From positions 67,944 through 131,943 of the forward strand of contig CP060230.1 in NCBI GenBank assembly GCA_023898605.1: DNA of 64,000 nucleotides. The letters are read 5' to 3'. The position numbers and the translations under genes were made by a program. The notes under the pieces were generated by a model. The model ran no database searches. It was not told where the DNA came from and saw nothing but the letters and a program-made list of their open reading frames with translations. Position 1 is the stretch's first letter, and every line of letters starts with the position of its first letter. This DNA is from Candidatus Nomurabacteria bacterium (GTDB lineage: Bacteria > Patescibacteriota > Minisyncoccia > Phycocordibacterales > UBA9973). Positions 8,901 through 17,389 of the stretch are shown here, piece after piece.

Positions 8901-9159
8901 CTCAGAACAAGGAACAGAAAGTATCCACCTTTCTTCTTGGCCAGAATACGATGAGAGCATGACAAAAGACGAGACCGTTATGATTGGTATTCAGATTAAC
9001 GGCAAGGTTCGTGGTGAAGTAGAGGTTGGAGACGAAGATACAGAAGAATCAGTGAGAGAGAAGGTTATGTCTATAGACAAGATAAAACCATGGTTAGAAG
9101 GAAAAGAAATCAAGAAATTTATCTACGTAAGCAAGAAGATTGTTAACATTGTCGTATGA
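5971..9159 (+). CDS. leuS: leucyl-tRNA synthetase with two extra inserted domains
   Basis: Has a HIGH-type motif (HVGH), the CP1 strings TTRADTLFG and AVPAHDERDFEFAKKYGL, and KMSKS. At 1062 aa it exceeds the roughly 800-860 aa I recall for bacterial LeuRS. Confidence 0.95.
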   Translation: MNNYDHKGIERKWQERWEKDGIYTVSDKEENKDNFYTLVEFTYPSGDLHVGHWYAFAVPDIFARYKRMQGYNSLYPMGFDAFGLPAENAAIKLGADPKVWTYEQMDKMRGQFKTMGASFDWDREVVSCDPNYYKWTQWMFNQFLKNDLVYRDTTKVNWCPKDKTVLANEQVVDGKCERCGSEVEQKNQDQWMIRITKYADRLIDDLDILDWPDAIKDAQKAWIGRSEGSEISFSLNYEKEKVKNEYFKFRPELVELIEKGLKTATFRMEAKNVSVGDIVSLINWSDGKESNQKEFDKAKIIKVSEHKLGDLPLDYPGHEKDSSVEKRLARYQEYYGDHITNDSTVYIYEFLPLSIRVFTTRADTLFGVTYVVLAPEHPLVNKLLDQVENKEEVEKYIEETKKKSELERQIGSKDPSTGSGLGKTGVELKGITAINPANGEEVPVWIADYVLAGYGTGAVMAVPAHDERDFEFAKKYGLDSKIVIVNSTGECTDDAISRNVVKSFIEKDGNVYLVRDIGPSGKSYWSLPGGGYEDAEDDISALTREIMEETPFRNIKIGQFIGASRHCYDFKAIKNSRLTKIFYASYDIENKNSNPQVPGNWFPKDEAIRMLLEDGIIIEGNILSNYFEGKINTDNGILINSGNFNEITSEEAKKKITEFVGGKMVKTYRLRDWGISRQRYWGCPIPIVYDPEGKAHAIPDEHLPWILPTDVDHTPDGTPPLARSKELFERTEKIFGEGWKPEVETMDTFVDSSWYFYRYLDNKNEKEFASIDSMDAWMPIDMYMGGAEHTTMHLLYSRFWTKALYDLGLVKDNEAYKMRRNRGLILGPDGNKMSKSKGNVINPDEVVDRLGADTVRLYLCFMGPYGVTVNYPWDPNGVVGVRRFLERVWKLKEKIDPEKKVCRTDPLVHKTIKGVTSDMEEFKFNTAISKMMILSNALEGEDKIVEASYKALLRLLSPFAPHITEELWQSFGHSSSGSEQGTESIHLSSWPEYDESMTKDETVMIGIQINGKVRGEVEVGDEDTEESVREKVMSIDKIKPWLEGKEIKKFIYVSKKIVNIVV

Positions 9160-9196
9160 CAAAAGAGTTAGTTTTGTTTATACTTTAGTTTAGATT

Positions 9197-11473
9197 ATGC
9201 TAAAAAAAATCTCTAGAAAAATAACGAGAGGAGATAGACTGCTATTTTTGTTCTTGTCTTTGGGTATGTTTTTGTCTATGACATTTTTCTTACCCGACAC
9301 TTCTCTTATAGATTCTGCTTCAAAAGGTTTTTTCTACTCACTATTTGCATTGGTTATATTTATAGCAACTGTCTCACTTGTTTTATTTAGAAACAGATTT
9401 TCCTTTTCTAGCAGGCCGTTTCTTTATAGTGTTATTTTATTGGTTGTACCACTATCGTTACTTTTGTTTTTGACAAACTCTTTTTCTAGATCTTTTTTGG
9501 GAAGCGATTTTAGTCCAAACACGTATATATTTCTTTTTTCTAGTATTGTATATATTTCTTCAGCGCCATTTTTTGTAAATTCAGAAAGGAGGATAACGAC
9601 ACTACTATTTTTGCCACTCATTGTCTTTCTTATTGCAGCTAGCCTTTCTTTCTTGCAGGTTTCTGGAGTAGATATATTTTCTGGTGAGTTTATAAATCCT
9701 GTAGGTTCATGGGCGGCACTTTCTGTATTGGCTGGACTTATGTTTGTGTTTGTTATGGTTTCGCTCGAGTTTTTCAAACTAAACAAAACAGAAAAAGTTT
9801 TATCTTATATATTGGCAATTTTGTCACTACTTATTTTTACCCTTGTTAGAAACGAGGCGATACTTGTAGCTGTGGGACTTACTTCACTATCGGTTATCTC
9901 TCTCAAGACACTTCTTCCTGGACACAGAGAAGCTAGAGCGCCATTTTACGCGTTCTTTTCGATCATACTTGTAGCACTACTTCTTTTCGTGGGCGGATAC
10001 TTCAGTAATTTCTTGGGGAACACTTTTGGACTTTCTTTTGTAGATATAAGACCATCTTTTAGTTCAACTACTTCTGTCATAAAAAGTAGTTGGGGTGGTG
10101 AGGGATTCCTTGTCGGTTCTGGTATAAACAGCTTCTCTAATTCTTGGAATTTGTATAGACCAGAAGCAGTTATTTCTTCCGATATTGCGTTCTCGAGTTT
10201 TTCAAATGGTTTTGGTTATATAATGACTCTTTTTGGAGAACTTGGTCTTATTGTCGGAGTTGCTTTGACGATATTTTTGATTCATGGATTAATCATGGCT
10301 TGTCGAGTTTCTATGATGGTGGTTAGTGACAAGAGTGAAAATAGAAAAAATATCTTTTTGATTCTTCCACCTATCATGATGCTTTATAGTTTTGCAATAC
10401 TACTACTTTATTCTGGTTCTGTACCAACGGTTGCTTTGTTTGTTTTGAGCTACGCACTTGTACTTGCGTCACAGAGATTCCTTGGCATCGGAAAAACTTT
10501 TAGAATAGATATTTCCAAGGATCCAAGACTTGCATTTGTTTCTATGATTTTTGGCATATTCCTTTCTATATTTGCAGTCTTTTCTATAGCAGGTGTTTCT
10601 TCTCGGATGACTGGAAACTTCTTTTATCAAAAAGCTATAAATAGTGCTAGGGCAGGGAACCTAGATTCATACTACTTATTTACAGACAAGGCATCGAGAT
10701 CGAATCCCGCAGATTTTGCCCTTATAGAGAGAGCAAGAGCAGAAATTTCTATACTCGGTAGAGCGCAAGCTGACGGAACACAGATAGACGAAAATCGTGC
10801 TAGTAATATTTTCTCTAGTGCAGAGAGTTATGCTCTTCGGGCAATAGAGTATGACGCAAGAAACGCAGACAATTGGGCGTTCCTAGGCAACTTATACAAA
10901 AACTTTATTTCAAAAGACAACGAACAGTTTTACCAAAACTCTATAGTCGCCTTTGACAAAGCTCTAGAGTTCCGACCAAACGATCCGTCTATATATCTTT
11001 TCGAAGGAGAAGCTGCTCTTAGAAAAGATGATGTGGCTCTTGCAAGATCTATGGGAGAAAAAGCACTTTCTATAAAAAACAATTATGGAGATGCATTTGT
11101 TTTCTTGATATCACTAGAAAGTAGTATAGAGAACTACAAAGATGCTGTTAGACTTGCTGAAGCAATGGTGGAGAATATACCGAGCATAACTTCTTTCCAG
11201 ATTTTGGGAGAAGTATATGATTTGTCTGGTGACAAAACAAAAGCTAGGAGTGCATACGAAACAGCATACTTGCTTTCTGGTAGAAGCTTTGAGCTTTCAA
11301 ATGTCCTTGCTAGCTTTTATTCAAAATATGGTATAAATGATGGTCTAGATATGCTTATAAGTGACGAGAATTCACTGAGAGGAAATATAGACTATATAAA
11401 CTATCTTCTTGGTCTCAAGAGTAAGCCTGTCGTAGAAGAGACTTCTCCAGAAGAAGAATCTTCCGAAGAGTAA
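9197..11473 (+). CDS. polytopic membrane protein with C-terminal TPR repeats (O-antigen-ligase/Wzy-like candidate)
   Basis: The N-terminal part has more than 10 predicted TM helices. The C-terminal part has TPR-like repeats (AWAFLGNLY, AFDKALEFRPND). Confidence 0.5.
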   Translation: MLKKISRKITRGDRLLFLFLSLGMFLSMTFFLPDTSLIDSASKGFFYSLFALVIFIATVSLVLFRNRFSFSSRPFLYSVILLVVPLSLLLFLTNSFSRSFLGSDFSPNTYIFLFSSIVYISSAPFFVNSERRITTLLFLPLIVFLIAASLSFLQVSGVDIFSGEFINPVGSWAALSVLAGLMFVFVMVSLEFFKLNKTEKVLSYILAILSLLIFTLVRNEAILVAVGLTSLSVISLKTLLPGHREARAPFYAFFSIILVALLLFVGGYFSNFLGNTFGLSFVDIRPSFSSTTSVIKSSWGGEGFLVGSGINSFSNSWNLYRPEAVISSDIAFSSFSNGFGYIMTLFGELGLIVGVALTIFLIHGLIMACRVSMMVVSDKSENRKNIFLILPPIMMLYSFAILLLYSGSVPTVALFVLSYALVLASQRFLGIGKTFRIDISKDPRLAFVSMIFGIFLSIFAVFSIAGVSSRMTGNFFYQKAINSARAGNLDSYYLFTDKASRSNPADFALIERARAEISILGRAQADGTQIDENRASNIFSSAESYALRAIEYDARNADNWAFLGNLYKNFISKDNEQFYQNSIVAFDKALEFRPNDPSIYLFEGEAALRKDDVALARSMGEKALSIKNNYGDAFVFLISLESSIENYKDAVRLAEAMVENIPSITSFQILGEVYDLSGDKTKARSAYETAYLLSGRSFELSNVLASFYSKYGINDGLDMLISDENSLRGNIDYINYLLGLKSKPVVEETSPEEESSEE

Positions 11474-11476
11474 TTT

Positions 11477-13165
11477 ATGGTTGAGAGGATTGTACACGTA
11501 CTTAGCAAAGAATTTAGTACCACTAGTAAGGCAGCACTTATACTGGGTCTTTTTTCTTTTTTGTCACAAATTTTTGGTCTTGTTCGAGACAAACTACTCG
11601 CTTTCTATATAGGACCCTCTGAAACGCTCGACATATACTACGCTGCATTTAGAATGCCAGATCTTCTTTTTGTAACGATGGCGTCTATTACTTCTGTTAC
11701 GATACTTCTTCCTTTTCTGGTAGAGATGAGAGGTGATACAAAAGGCGTTGGTAATTCTAGAAAACTCATAAACAGTGTTACAACAACTTTTTTCTTTATA
11801 ATGACGATTTCTATTGCGATCGTCTTTTTGTTTGCTCCACTTATTTCAAAGGCTTTGGTTCCAGGTTTCGATGAAGAAGCAAGAGAGTTGTACGTAACCA
11901 TAACTAGGATCATGCTGTTTTCTCCACTGTTTCTAGGTATTTCAAACTTGTTTGGTTCTATAACGCAGATGTTCAACAAGTTTATGCCTTATGCTCTGGC
12001 CCCAGTTTTTTATAACCTAGGTATAATTGTCGGAGTATTTTTGTATGTACCTATGGGCATAGAAGGTCTAGCACTCGGAGTTGTTATAGGATCACTTATG
12101 CATGCCTTTGTTCAGCTTCCAGTTGTTTTCAAGTATAAAGCTGTACCCAAAATAACTTTCGATATTGACTGGCCACTCGTTAGGAGGGTTGGTAAGGTTA
12201 CGATACCTAGAACTTTGGCTCTTTCTCTAAACAACGTTTCTCTTATTGTTATCGTTTTGTTTGCTTCTAAACTAAGCGAGGGTTCTATCTCTATCTACAA
12301 CTTTTCTATGCACATACAAGCTGTACCACTCGGAATAATAGGTATATCGTATGCTGTTGCAACTTTCCCGATTCTGACAAAATCTTTCCAAGATAAAAAG
12401 ATAGATGAATTTTTGAGTAGCATTGTTTCTTCTATGAGACAGGTTGTTTTCTGGTCTATTCCGATAGCGGTTCTTTTCATCGTTCTGCGAGCTCAGATTG
12501 TTAGAGTCATACTTGGATCAGGACAGTTCGATTGGGGCGATACGAGACTAACTGCTGCGTCGTTTGCACTTTTTGCAGTTTCTATTGTTTCTCAAAGTGC
12601 GATTGTTCTACTTGTACGAGGTTTTTATGCTGCATCAAATACAAAAATCCCTCTTGTTATAAATCTCATATCTTCTACGATTATAGTTGTTCTCGTTCCA
12701 GTTCTTCTTCAGTTTTATCATGTGTATCCATACTTCCGAGAATTTATAGAAGTAACTCTCAAGGTCAAAGATGTTCCGGGCGGTGAAGTTCTGATGCTGC
12801 CTATGGCTTACTCTATAGGTACGATACTAAATAGTGTTCTTCTTTGGATGTTCTTCAAAAAGAAATATATGAAAGGTTTGAGATATTCGTTTAATCGAAC
12901 ACTTGTACACTCTGTTTCGTCTGCTTTGTTTGGAGGTATATTTGCTTATATGTTCCTCATGGTTTCTTCTTCTTTGTTTGAGATAGATCGATTCTATGAA
13001 ATATTTATACAAGGATTCCTTTCTGGGGTTATCGGTATAATCGCAACCGCTACATCTCTCCAGATTCTAAAAAACGAAGAATACTTCCATATCATGAAGT
13101 CTATAAAGAGCAAACTAAACGTCAAAAAACAACTAGTATTCTACGATACAGAAGAGTTAAATTAG
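11477..13165 (+). CDS. murJ: lipid II flippase MurJ
   Basis: The N-terminal string GLVRDKLLAFYIGPSETLDIYYAAFRMPDLLF and about 14 TM helices fit the MviN/MurJ family pattern. Confidence 0.85.
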   Translation: MVERIVHVLSKEFSTTSKAALILGLFSFLSQIFGLVRDKLLAFYIGPSETLDIYYAAFRMPDLLFVTMASITSVTILLPFLVEMRGDTKGVGNSRKLINSVTTTFFFIMTISIAIVFLFAPLISKALVPGFDEEARELYVTITRIMLFSPLFLGISNLFGSITQMFNKFMPYALAPVFYNLGIIVGVFLYVPMGIEGLALGVVIGSLMHAFVQLPVVFKYKAVPKITFDIDWPLVRRVGKVTIPRTLALSLNNVSLIVIVLFASKLSEGSISIYNFSMHIQAVPLGIIGISYAVATFPILTKSFQDKKIDEFLSSIVSSMRQVVFWSIPIAVLFIVLRAQIVRVILGSGQFDWGDTRLTAASFALFAVSIVSQSAIVLLVRGFYAASNTKIPLVINLISSTIIVVLVPVLLQFYHVYPYFREFIEVTLKVKDVPGGEVLMLPMAYSIGTILNSVLLWMFFKKKYMKGLRYSFNRTLVHSVSSALFGGIFAYMFLMVSSSLFEIDRFYEIFIQGFLSGVIGIIATATSLQILKNEEYFHIMKSIKSKLNVKKQLVFYDTEELN

Positions 13166-13204
13166 TTTTCAAAAAAGGCTTTTTCTGGTAGTATCGACTT
13201 GTTT

Positions 13205-15004
13205 ATGGATATAAATAACATAAGAAATTTCTCTATAATAGCCCACATAGATCACGGTAAATCCACTCTGGCAGACCGGTTTCTTGAAGTTACTGGTACT
13301 GTAGAAAAAAGAAAGATGAAAGACCAGGTTCTAGATTCGATGGAACTAGAAAGAGAGAGGGGAATCACGATCAAGATGCAGCCAGCCAGGATGGAATACA
13401 AACTTGGCAAAGATAAATACATTCTCAATCTTATAGACACTCCTGGACACATAGACTTCTCATATGAGGTTTCTAGGGCTATGAAGGCTGTAGAGGGTGC
13501 GATATTACTCGTAGACTCCACTCAGGGCGTTCAGGCGCAAACTATGACCACTCTAGAGATGGCCAAGAAGGCTGGGCTTGTTATAATCCCAGCTATTTCC
13601 AAGGTTGATTCGCCACTTTCTAGACCAGAAGAGGTTTCTTCTGAAATTGCAAAACTTCTAGATTGCGATCCAAAAGAGGTTATGAAGGTTTCTGGTAAAA
13701 CTGGTGAGGGCGTAGAAGATCTTCTAAGAAAGATAGTCGATACAGTACCAGCTCCTAAAAAGAGCGATACAGATATGCTCCAATCTCTAGTTTTTGATTT
13801 TAGTTACTCTAGTCACAGGGGTATCGTTGTATACATGAGAGTTTTCAGCGGTTCGGTCAAAAAGGGCGATACGCTTACATTTCTTGCTTCAAACGAGTCT
13901 TTTATCGTAAATGAAGTTGGAGTAACAAAACCAGAAGAACTACCTGTTTCTTCACTAGGTTCAGGAGAAATAGGTTATATAGTCACTGGTATCAAAAAAC
14001 CAAAGATCGCATCAGTTGGAGACACGCTTACACTAACAAAACAAAAAGCAAAACCACTTTCTGGTTACGAAAAACCAAACCCTGTTGTTTGGGCATCTAT
14101 TTTTCCGGAGAGCCAAGATGATTTTACAATACTAAGACAAGCTCTAGAGAGACTACAACTTTCTGATTCTTCACTTACTTTCGAAGAAGAATCTTCTGGA
14201 GTTTTGGGTAGAGGTTTTAGAATAGGTGTTTTGGGTATGCTTCACCTTGAAATAGTAACAGAAAGACTAAAGCGAGAGTTCAAGCTCGATCTTGTTATCA
14301 CGACTCCGTCTATAACTTATAACGTTATCAAGAAAAACGGTGAAAGCGAGATAGTTTATTCTCCTCACAAATTTCCAGATGACGGTTCTGTCAAAGAAGT
14401 TCATGAGCCTTGGGCTGATATCGTTATAATCTCTCCAGACAAATATCTGGGAACTATCTCGAGTCTACTTTTTGAACACGAAGGAGATATAACTCACACC
14501 GAAACCATGAGCGGTGGAAACGCCAAACTTTCTGTTTCTATGCCACTAAGAGAGCTTATGAGAAACTTTTTCGACAAACTAAAAAGCGCGACTCAGGGCT
14601 ACGCCTCTATATCTTATGAAATAGTTGGAGACCTGCCTGCAGACGTTGTGAGACTAGACATACTTATAAACGAAGACGTTGTTCCTGCTTTTTCTTCGGT
14701 TGTTTCTAGAAGAAGAGCATACGAAGAAGCCGAAGAAGCTGTAGAGACACTAGAGAAAATTCTTCCAAGACAACAAGTTGCCATAAAGATACAAGGTAGA
14801 GCTTTGGGTAGAATAGTTGCTTCTAGGAAGCTTTCAGCTTTCAGAAAGGACGTTACTCAGCACATGTATGGTGGAGATATCACTCGAAAAATGAAACTTA
14901 GAGAAAAACAGAAGAAAGGTAAGAAGAAAATGCAGGAAGGTGCAAAGGTAAACATACCTCACGACGTTTTCCTGAAGATGATGAGAAGGGGAGGAGATAA
15001 GTAG
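13205..15004 (+). CDS. lepA: elongation factor 4 (LepA)
   Basis: Shows IRNFSIIAHIDHGKSTLADR, DTPGHIDF and the LepA C-terminal domain. I prefer the ATG at 13205 to the TTG at 13199. Confidence 0.95.
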   Translation: MDINNIRNFSIIAHIDHGKSTLADRFLEVTGTVEKRKMKDQVLDSMELERERGITIKMQPARMEYKLGKDKYILNLIDTPGHIDFSYEVSRAMKAVEGAILLVDSTQGVQAQTMTTLEMAKKAGLVIIPAISKVDSPLSRPEEVSSEIAKLLDCDPKEVMKVSGKTGEGVEDLLRKIVDTVPAPKKSDTDMLQSLVFDFSYSSHRGIVVYMRVFSGSVKKGDTLTFLASNESFIVNEVGVTKPEELPVSSLGSGEIGYIVTGIKKPKIASVGDTLTLTKQKAKPLSGYEKPNPVVWASIFPESQDDFTILRQALERLQLSDSSLTFEEESSGVLGRGFRIGVLGMLHLEIVTERLKREFKLDLVITTPSITYNVIKKNGESEIVYSPHKFPDDGSVKEVHEPWADIVIISPDKYLGTISSLLFEHEGDITHTETMSGGNAKLSVSMPLRELMRNFFDKLKSATQGYASISYEIVGDLPADVVRLDILINEDVVPAFSSVVSRRRAYEEAEEAVETLEKILPRQQVAIKIQGRALGRIVASRKLSAFRKDVTQHMYGGDITRKMKLREKQKKGKKKMQEGAKVNIPHDVFLKMMRRGGDK

Positions 15005-15006
15005 AT

Positions 15007-15114
15007 TTATCCTCTCAAGCTAGGCATAAATAGCATTATCATAGAAATTATGACAAGAATGCTTATTATTCCCCAAATTCTTATTATTATTTTTCTGTGC
15101 TTTTGTTTAAACAT
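15007..15114 (-). CDS. possible 35-aa small membrane protein
   Basis: The ORF MFKQKHRKIIIRIWGIISILVIISMIMLFMPSLRG has a single TM helix. It is below the track cutoff. Confidence 0.25.
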   Translation of the reverse strand: MFKQKHRKIIIRIWGIISILVIISMIMLFMPSLRG

Positions 15115-15159
15115 AGTCTTTTATGATATAGTTTTCTATATAAGAAGATTACCAGTCTA

Positions 15160-15525
15160 ATGAAAAAATATCAAGAATCAAAAAAGGGTAGCTTTTGGGG
15201 ATCGAAGGTCTGTTTTTTTCTCCTTTGTTTTTTTTGTTTTTTTATATTTTTGGGAGTTTTTAGGAGCTTGGAGAGTTATAAAATAGCAAAAGGTAAGTAT
15301 ATACAAGCAGTTCAAGAAAACGAGCTTGTAAACAAGTCCAAAGATAAAATAGAAGACTCTATAATCTCTTTTGATAGCCCTCTCGAAAAAGAAAGAATAA
15401 TAAGAGAAAATTATAATGTTTCTAGAGATGGTGAAGGAGTTATAGTGGTAGTAGATAAAGAAGAAGAAGTAGAAGAAAAGACTACTTTTGGATTTATAAA
15501 AAACCTGTTCTCCAAAGAAGATTAG
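15160..15525 (+). CDS. septum-formation initiator (FtsB/DivIC-like) protein
   Basis: Has an N-terminal TM helix, a coiled coil, and the C-terminal string ERIIRENYNVSRDGEGVIVV typical of the family. Confidence 0.6.
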   Translation: MKKYQESKKGSFWGSKVCFFLLCFFCFFIFLGVFRSLESYKIAKGKYIQAVQENELVNKSKDKIEDSIISFDSPLEKERIIRENYNVSRDGEGVIVVVDKEEEVEEKTTFGFIKNLFSKED

Positions 15526-15615
15526 ATAAACTTGACAGAGGTGATATAATATAAGAGTAAAGATAAAAGTATCTTGTTTATAAGTATTAAGTAGCATGGC
15601 TAGGCTTGTAACAAA

Positions 15616-15849
15616 ATGAAATCAGTAACTATATATTCAACACCGTCATGTCACTTTTGTCATATGGCAAAAGAATTTTTAGGAGAAAAAAACATCGAAT
15701 TTACAGATTACGATGTATCTTCTGATGCAGCAAAAAGACAAGAAATGGTTGAAATGACTGGACAACTTGGTGTACCTGTAATCAAGATAGGAGATGACAT
15801 AATGGTTGGATTCCATCAGGGGAAAATCGAAGAACTTCTAGGGCTTTAA
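15616..15849 (+). CDS. glutaredoxin-like protein (NrdH/YruB type)
   Basis: The 77-aa protein carries a CHFC redox motif and the thioredoxin-fold string GVPVI. Confidence 0.85.
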   Translation: MKSVTIYSTPSCHFCHMAKEFLGEKNIEFTDYDVSSDAAKRQEMVEMTGQLGVPVIKIGDDIMVGFHQGKIEELLGL

Positions 15850-15923
15850 AAAACTTATAAATTAATGTAGAATCAGAAAACCGGTTTATGCCGGTTTTTT
15901 GATTGAGAGAAACGCCCCCGTAG

Positions 15924-15966
15924 CCCCGACGCTATGGTCGGGGTCCATACAACTTCACTCGTCGGG
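15924..15966 (+). repeat. family-A GC hairpin module (ccccgacgctatggtcgggg...cgtcggg)
   Basis: The 27-nt string gtagccccgacgctatggtcggggtcc is shared with 16641-16667. Confidence 0.7.
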
Positions 15967-16040
15967 ATTAAATGGACCCCAGTTGTAGAGCAAAGCTCAC
16001 AACGGGGCACAGTAGAACAGTTCCGCGCGCCCCGTATCAT

Positions 16041-16112
16041 GTCTCCGTAGTTAAATGGATATAACAGCTCCGTCCTAAGGAGTAGTTGTGGGTTCGATTC
16101 CTGCCGGAGACA
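16041..16112 (+). tRNA. tRNA-Arg (anticodon CCT)
   Basis: I folded the cloverleaf by hand. The acceptor is GTCTCCG/CGGAGAC, the anticodon loop is GTCCTAA and the T loop is TTCGATT. No CCA is encoded. Confidence 0.85.
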
Positions 16113-16195
16113 CAAATTGTTAGAGACATTGATATCGGGGGGGGTTCTACTTTGTCCTTCGAAACTTTAGTGAAGAAGGAAGGAATAGTTCTGGG

Positions 16196-16224
16196 CTTGC
16201 CCTGTCTGAAATAGGCGGGGTGAA
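16196..16224 (+). repeat. family-B GC hairpin module (degenerate copy) in the T-loop position of the ghost tRNA
   Basis: cttgccctgtctgaaataggcggggtgaa compares with cttgccccgcctgaaataggcggggtgaa at the Val locus. Confidence 0.65.
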
Positions 16225-16283
16225 ATTCCTGGCGGGGGCACAAAATCTATCTACTAAACTTTATTTTTGATATAATTTAATGG

Positions 16284-16616
16284 ATGGAAATAGACAATAA
16301 TAAAAAAATTGATGAGATCTTGGAGCTTTTGGAGGAGAATAACAAAATGCTTAGACACATAAGAGGCTCACAGAGAAGATCTCAGATTTTTAGGTTGCTT
16401 TATATTGTGGTTATCATAGCTCTTACAGCCGGTGCTTACTACTATATAAATCCATATATAAGTCAGGTTATGGACGCCTATTCTGGAATTCAAGATACTC
16501 TGGGCGGTATAGGTGAAATACCATCCAACATTTCCAATACAAATCAAGAGGCTGGAAATTTGTTAAAAGGCGGAAATTTTGATATAAATTCTTTACTAGA
16601 AGGACTAGGGCAGTAG
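16284..16616 (+). CDS. hypothetical single-TM protein
   Basis: The 110-aa ORF has a central TM helix. No family was recognised. Confidence 0.4.
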   Translation: MEIDNNKKIDEILELLEENNKMLRHIRGSQRRSQIFRLLYIVVIIALTAGAYYYINPYISQVMDAYSGIQDTLGGIGEIPSNISNTNQEAGNLLKGGNFDINSLLEGLGQ

Positions 16617-16633
16617 CCCTTTCTTTCTTAGAT

Positions 16634-16699
16634 GCTCAGGTAGCCCCGACGCTATGGTCGGGGTCCCGTACTTCTACAAAGTAGAACGTCGGGGCTCAG
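16634..16699 (+). pseudogene. 5' fragment of a ghost tRNA-Phe (GCTCAGGTAG[51-nt insert]CTCAG)
   Basis: Removing 16644-16694, which has ccccgacg...cgtcgggg termini, restores GCTCAGGTAGCTCAG. That string is close to the start of the intact tRNA-Phe. Confidence 0.55.
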
Positions 16700-16702
16700 A
16701 AT

Positions 16703-16963
16703 ATGGCGTGGGTGTATATATTAAAAACTAAATCTGGTAAGTTTTATATTGGTAGCACTATCAATTTAGAGCAAAGATTAAAACACCATAAAGGTGGGAA
16801 TACTCCTTCGACATATAGGTTGAAGTTTGATAGTCTTTTATTGTCTCAAGAATATGATACTTTGAAAGATGCCAGGAGTGTTGAATCAAAATTGAAAAAA
16901 CTCAAACGAAAAGATTATTTACAAAAAATTGTTGAAGATGGTTTTATTAAAATAAAACCCTAA
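16703..16963 (+). CDS. GIY-YIG nuclease family protein (86 aa)
   Basis: Shows VYILKTKSGKFYIGSTINLEQRLKHHKGG. The ATG lies 3 nt after the ghost D-arm CTCAG. Confidence 0.9.
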   Translation: MAWVYILKTKSGKFYIGSTINLEQRLKHHKGGNTPSTYRLKFDSLLLSQEYDTLKDARSVESKLKKLKRKDYLQKIVEDGFIKIKP

Positions 16964-16992
16964 CGTTGAAAATAAAAATTTGTTTACAAAGT

Positions 16993-17066
16993 GCTCGGGT
17001 AGCTCAGTTGGTTAGAGCACTCGCCTGAAGAGCGAGGTGTCGGCAGTTCGAGTCTGCCCCCGAGCA
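16993..17066 (+). tRNA. tRNA-Phe (anticodon GAA)
   Basis: The acceptor is GCTCGGG/CCCGAGC, the anticodon loop is CTGAAGA and the T loop is TTCGAGT. The flanks tttacaaagt and actttgtaaa extend the acceptor helix by 10 bp. Confidence 0.9.
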
Positions 17067-17092
17067 CTTTGTAAATAAGATTAGATGTGTAT

Positions 17093-17215
17093 GCTCAGTA
17101 CCGACGTCCCGACATGTGGTCGTCGGGAGCACGGAGAGCCGACAGAATCGTCGGCTTTGGTTAGAGCACTCGCCTGAAGAGCGAGGTGTCGGCAGTTCGA
17201 GTCTGCCCCCGAGCA
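17093..17215 (+). pseudogene. 3' part of the ghost tRNA-Phe with a ~57-nt double-hairpin insert after GCTCAG
   Basis: 17157-17216 is a 60-bp perfect repeat of 17008-17067. There is no matching 5' acceptor strand. The insert holds the hairpins tcccgac/gtcggga and gccgac/gtcggc. Confidence 0.6.
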
Positions 17216-17249
17216 CAAGATATAACCTAGTCAATTCTAATTTTAAAAA

Positions 17250-17327
17250 ATGGTACACTACACTTACATTTTAAAAAGCTTAAAGGATGGCAAGTATTAT
17301 ATAGGGTCAACCTCCGATTTGGGCTAG
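17250..17327 (+). pseudogene. truncated GIY-YIG N-terminal remnant (25 codons)
   Basis: Reads MVHYTYILKSLKDGKYYIGSTSDLG and then a stop. Confidence 0.6.
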
Positions 17328-17346
17328 CTTCACCCCAAAGATGTTC

Positions 17347-17375
17347 TTGACATAAAAGTATTATTATACTATAAT
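17347..17375 (+). promoter_or_regulatory. consensus promoter TTGACA-17-TATAAT
   Basis: Both hexamers match the consensus exactly and the spacer is 17 nt. Confidence 0.65.
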
Positions 17376-17389
17376 GTTAGAGATAGTTT

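Larger units (their letters stand above)
15914..16240 (+). pseudogene. ghost tRNA (Arg-like) split around the intact tRNA-Arg and carrying hairpin inserts
   Basis: The 5' GCCCCCG (15914-15920) is perfectly complementary to CGGGGGC (16233-16239). GTAG..ATTAAATGGA and CTGGG..ATTCCTGG mimic the D and T arms of the adjacent tRNA-Arg. Confidence 0.45.

Noticed and set aside
15873-16243. The minus-strand ORFs 15873..16115 and 16037..16243
   Set aside because: They run across the tRNA-Arg gene and the GC-rich hairpin modules, so they are artefacts of GC-rich non-coding sequence. The same applies to 17004..17258 across tRNA-Phe.
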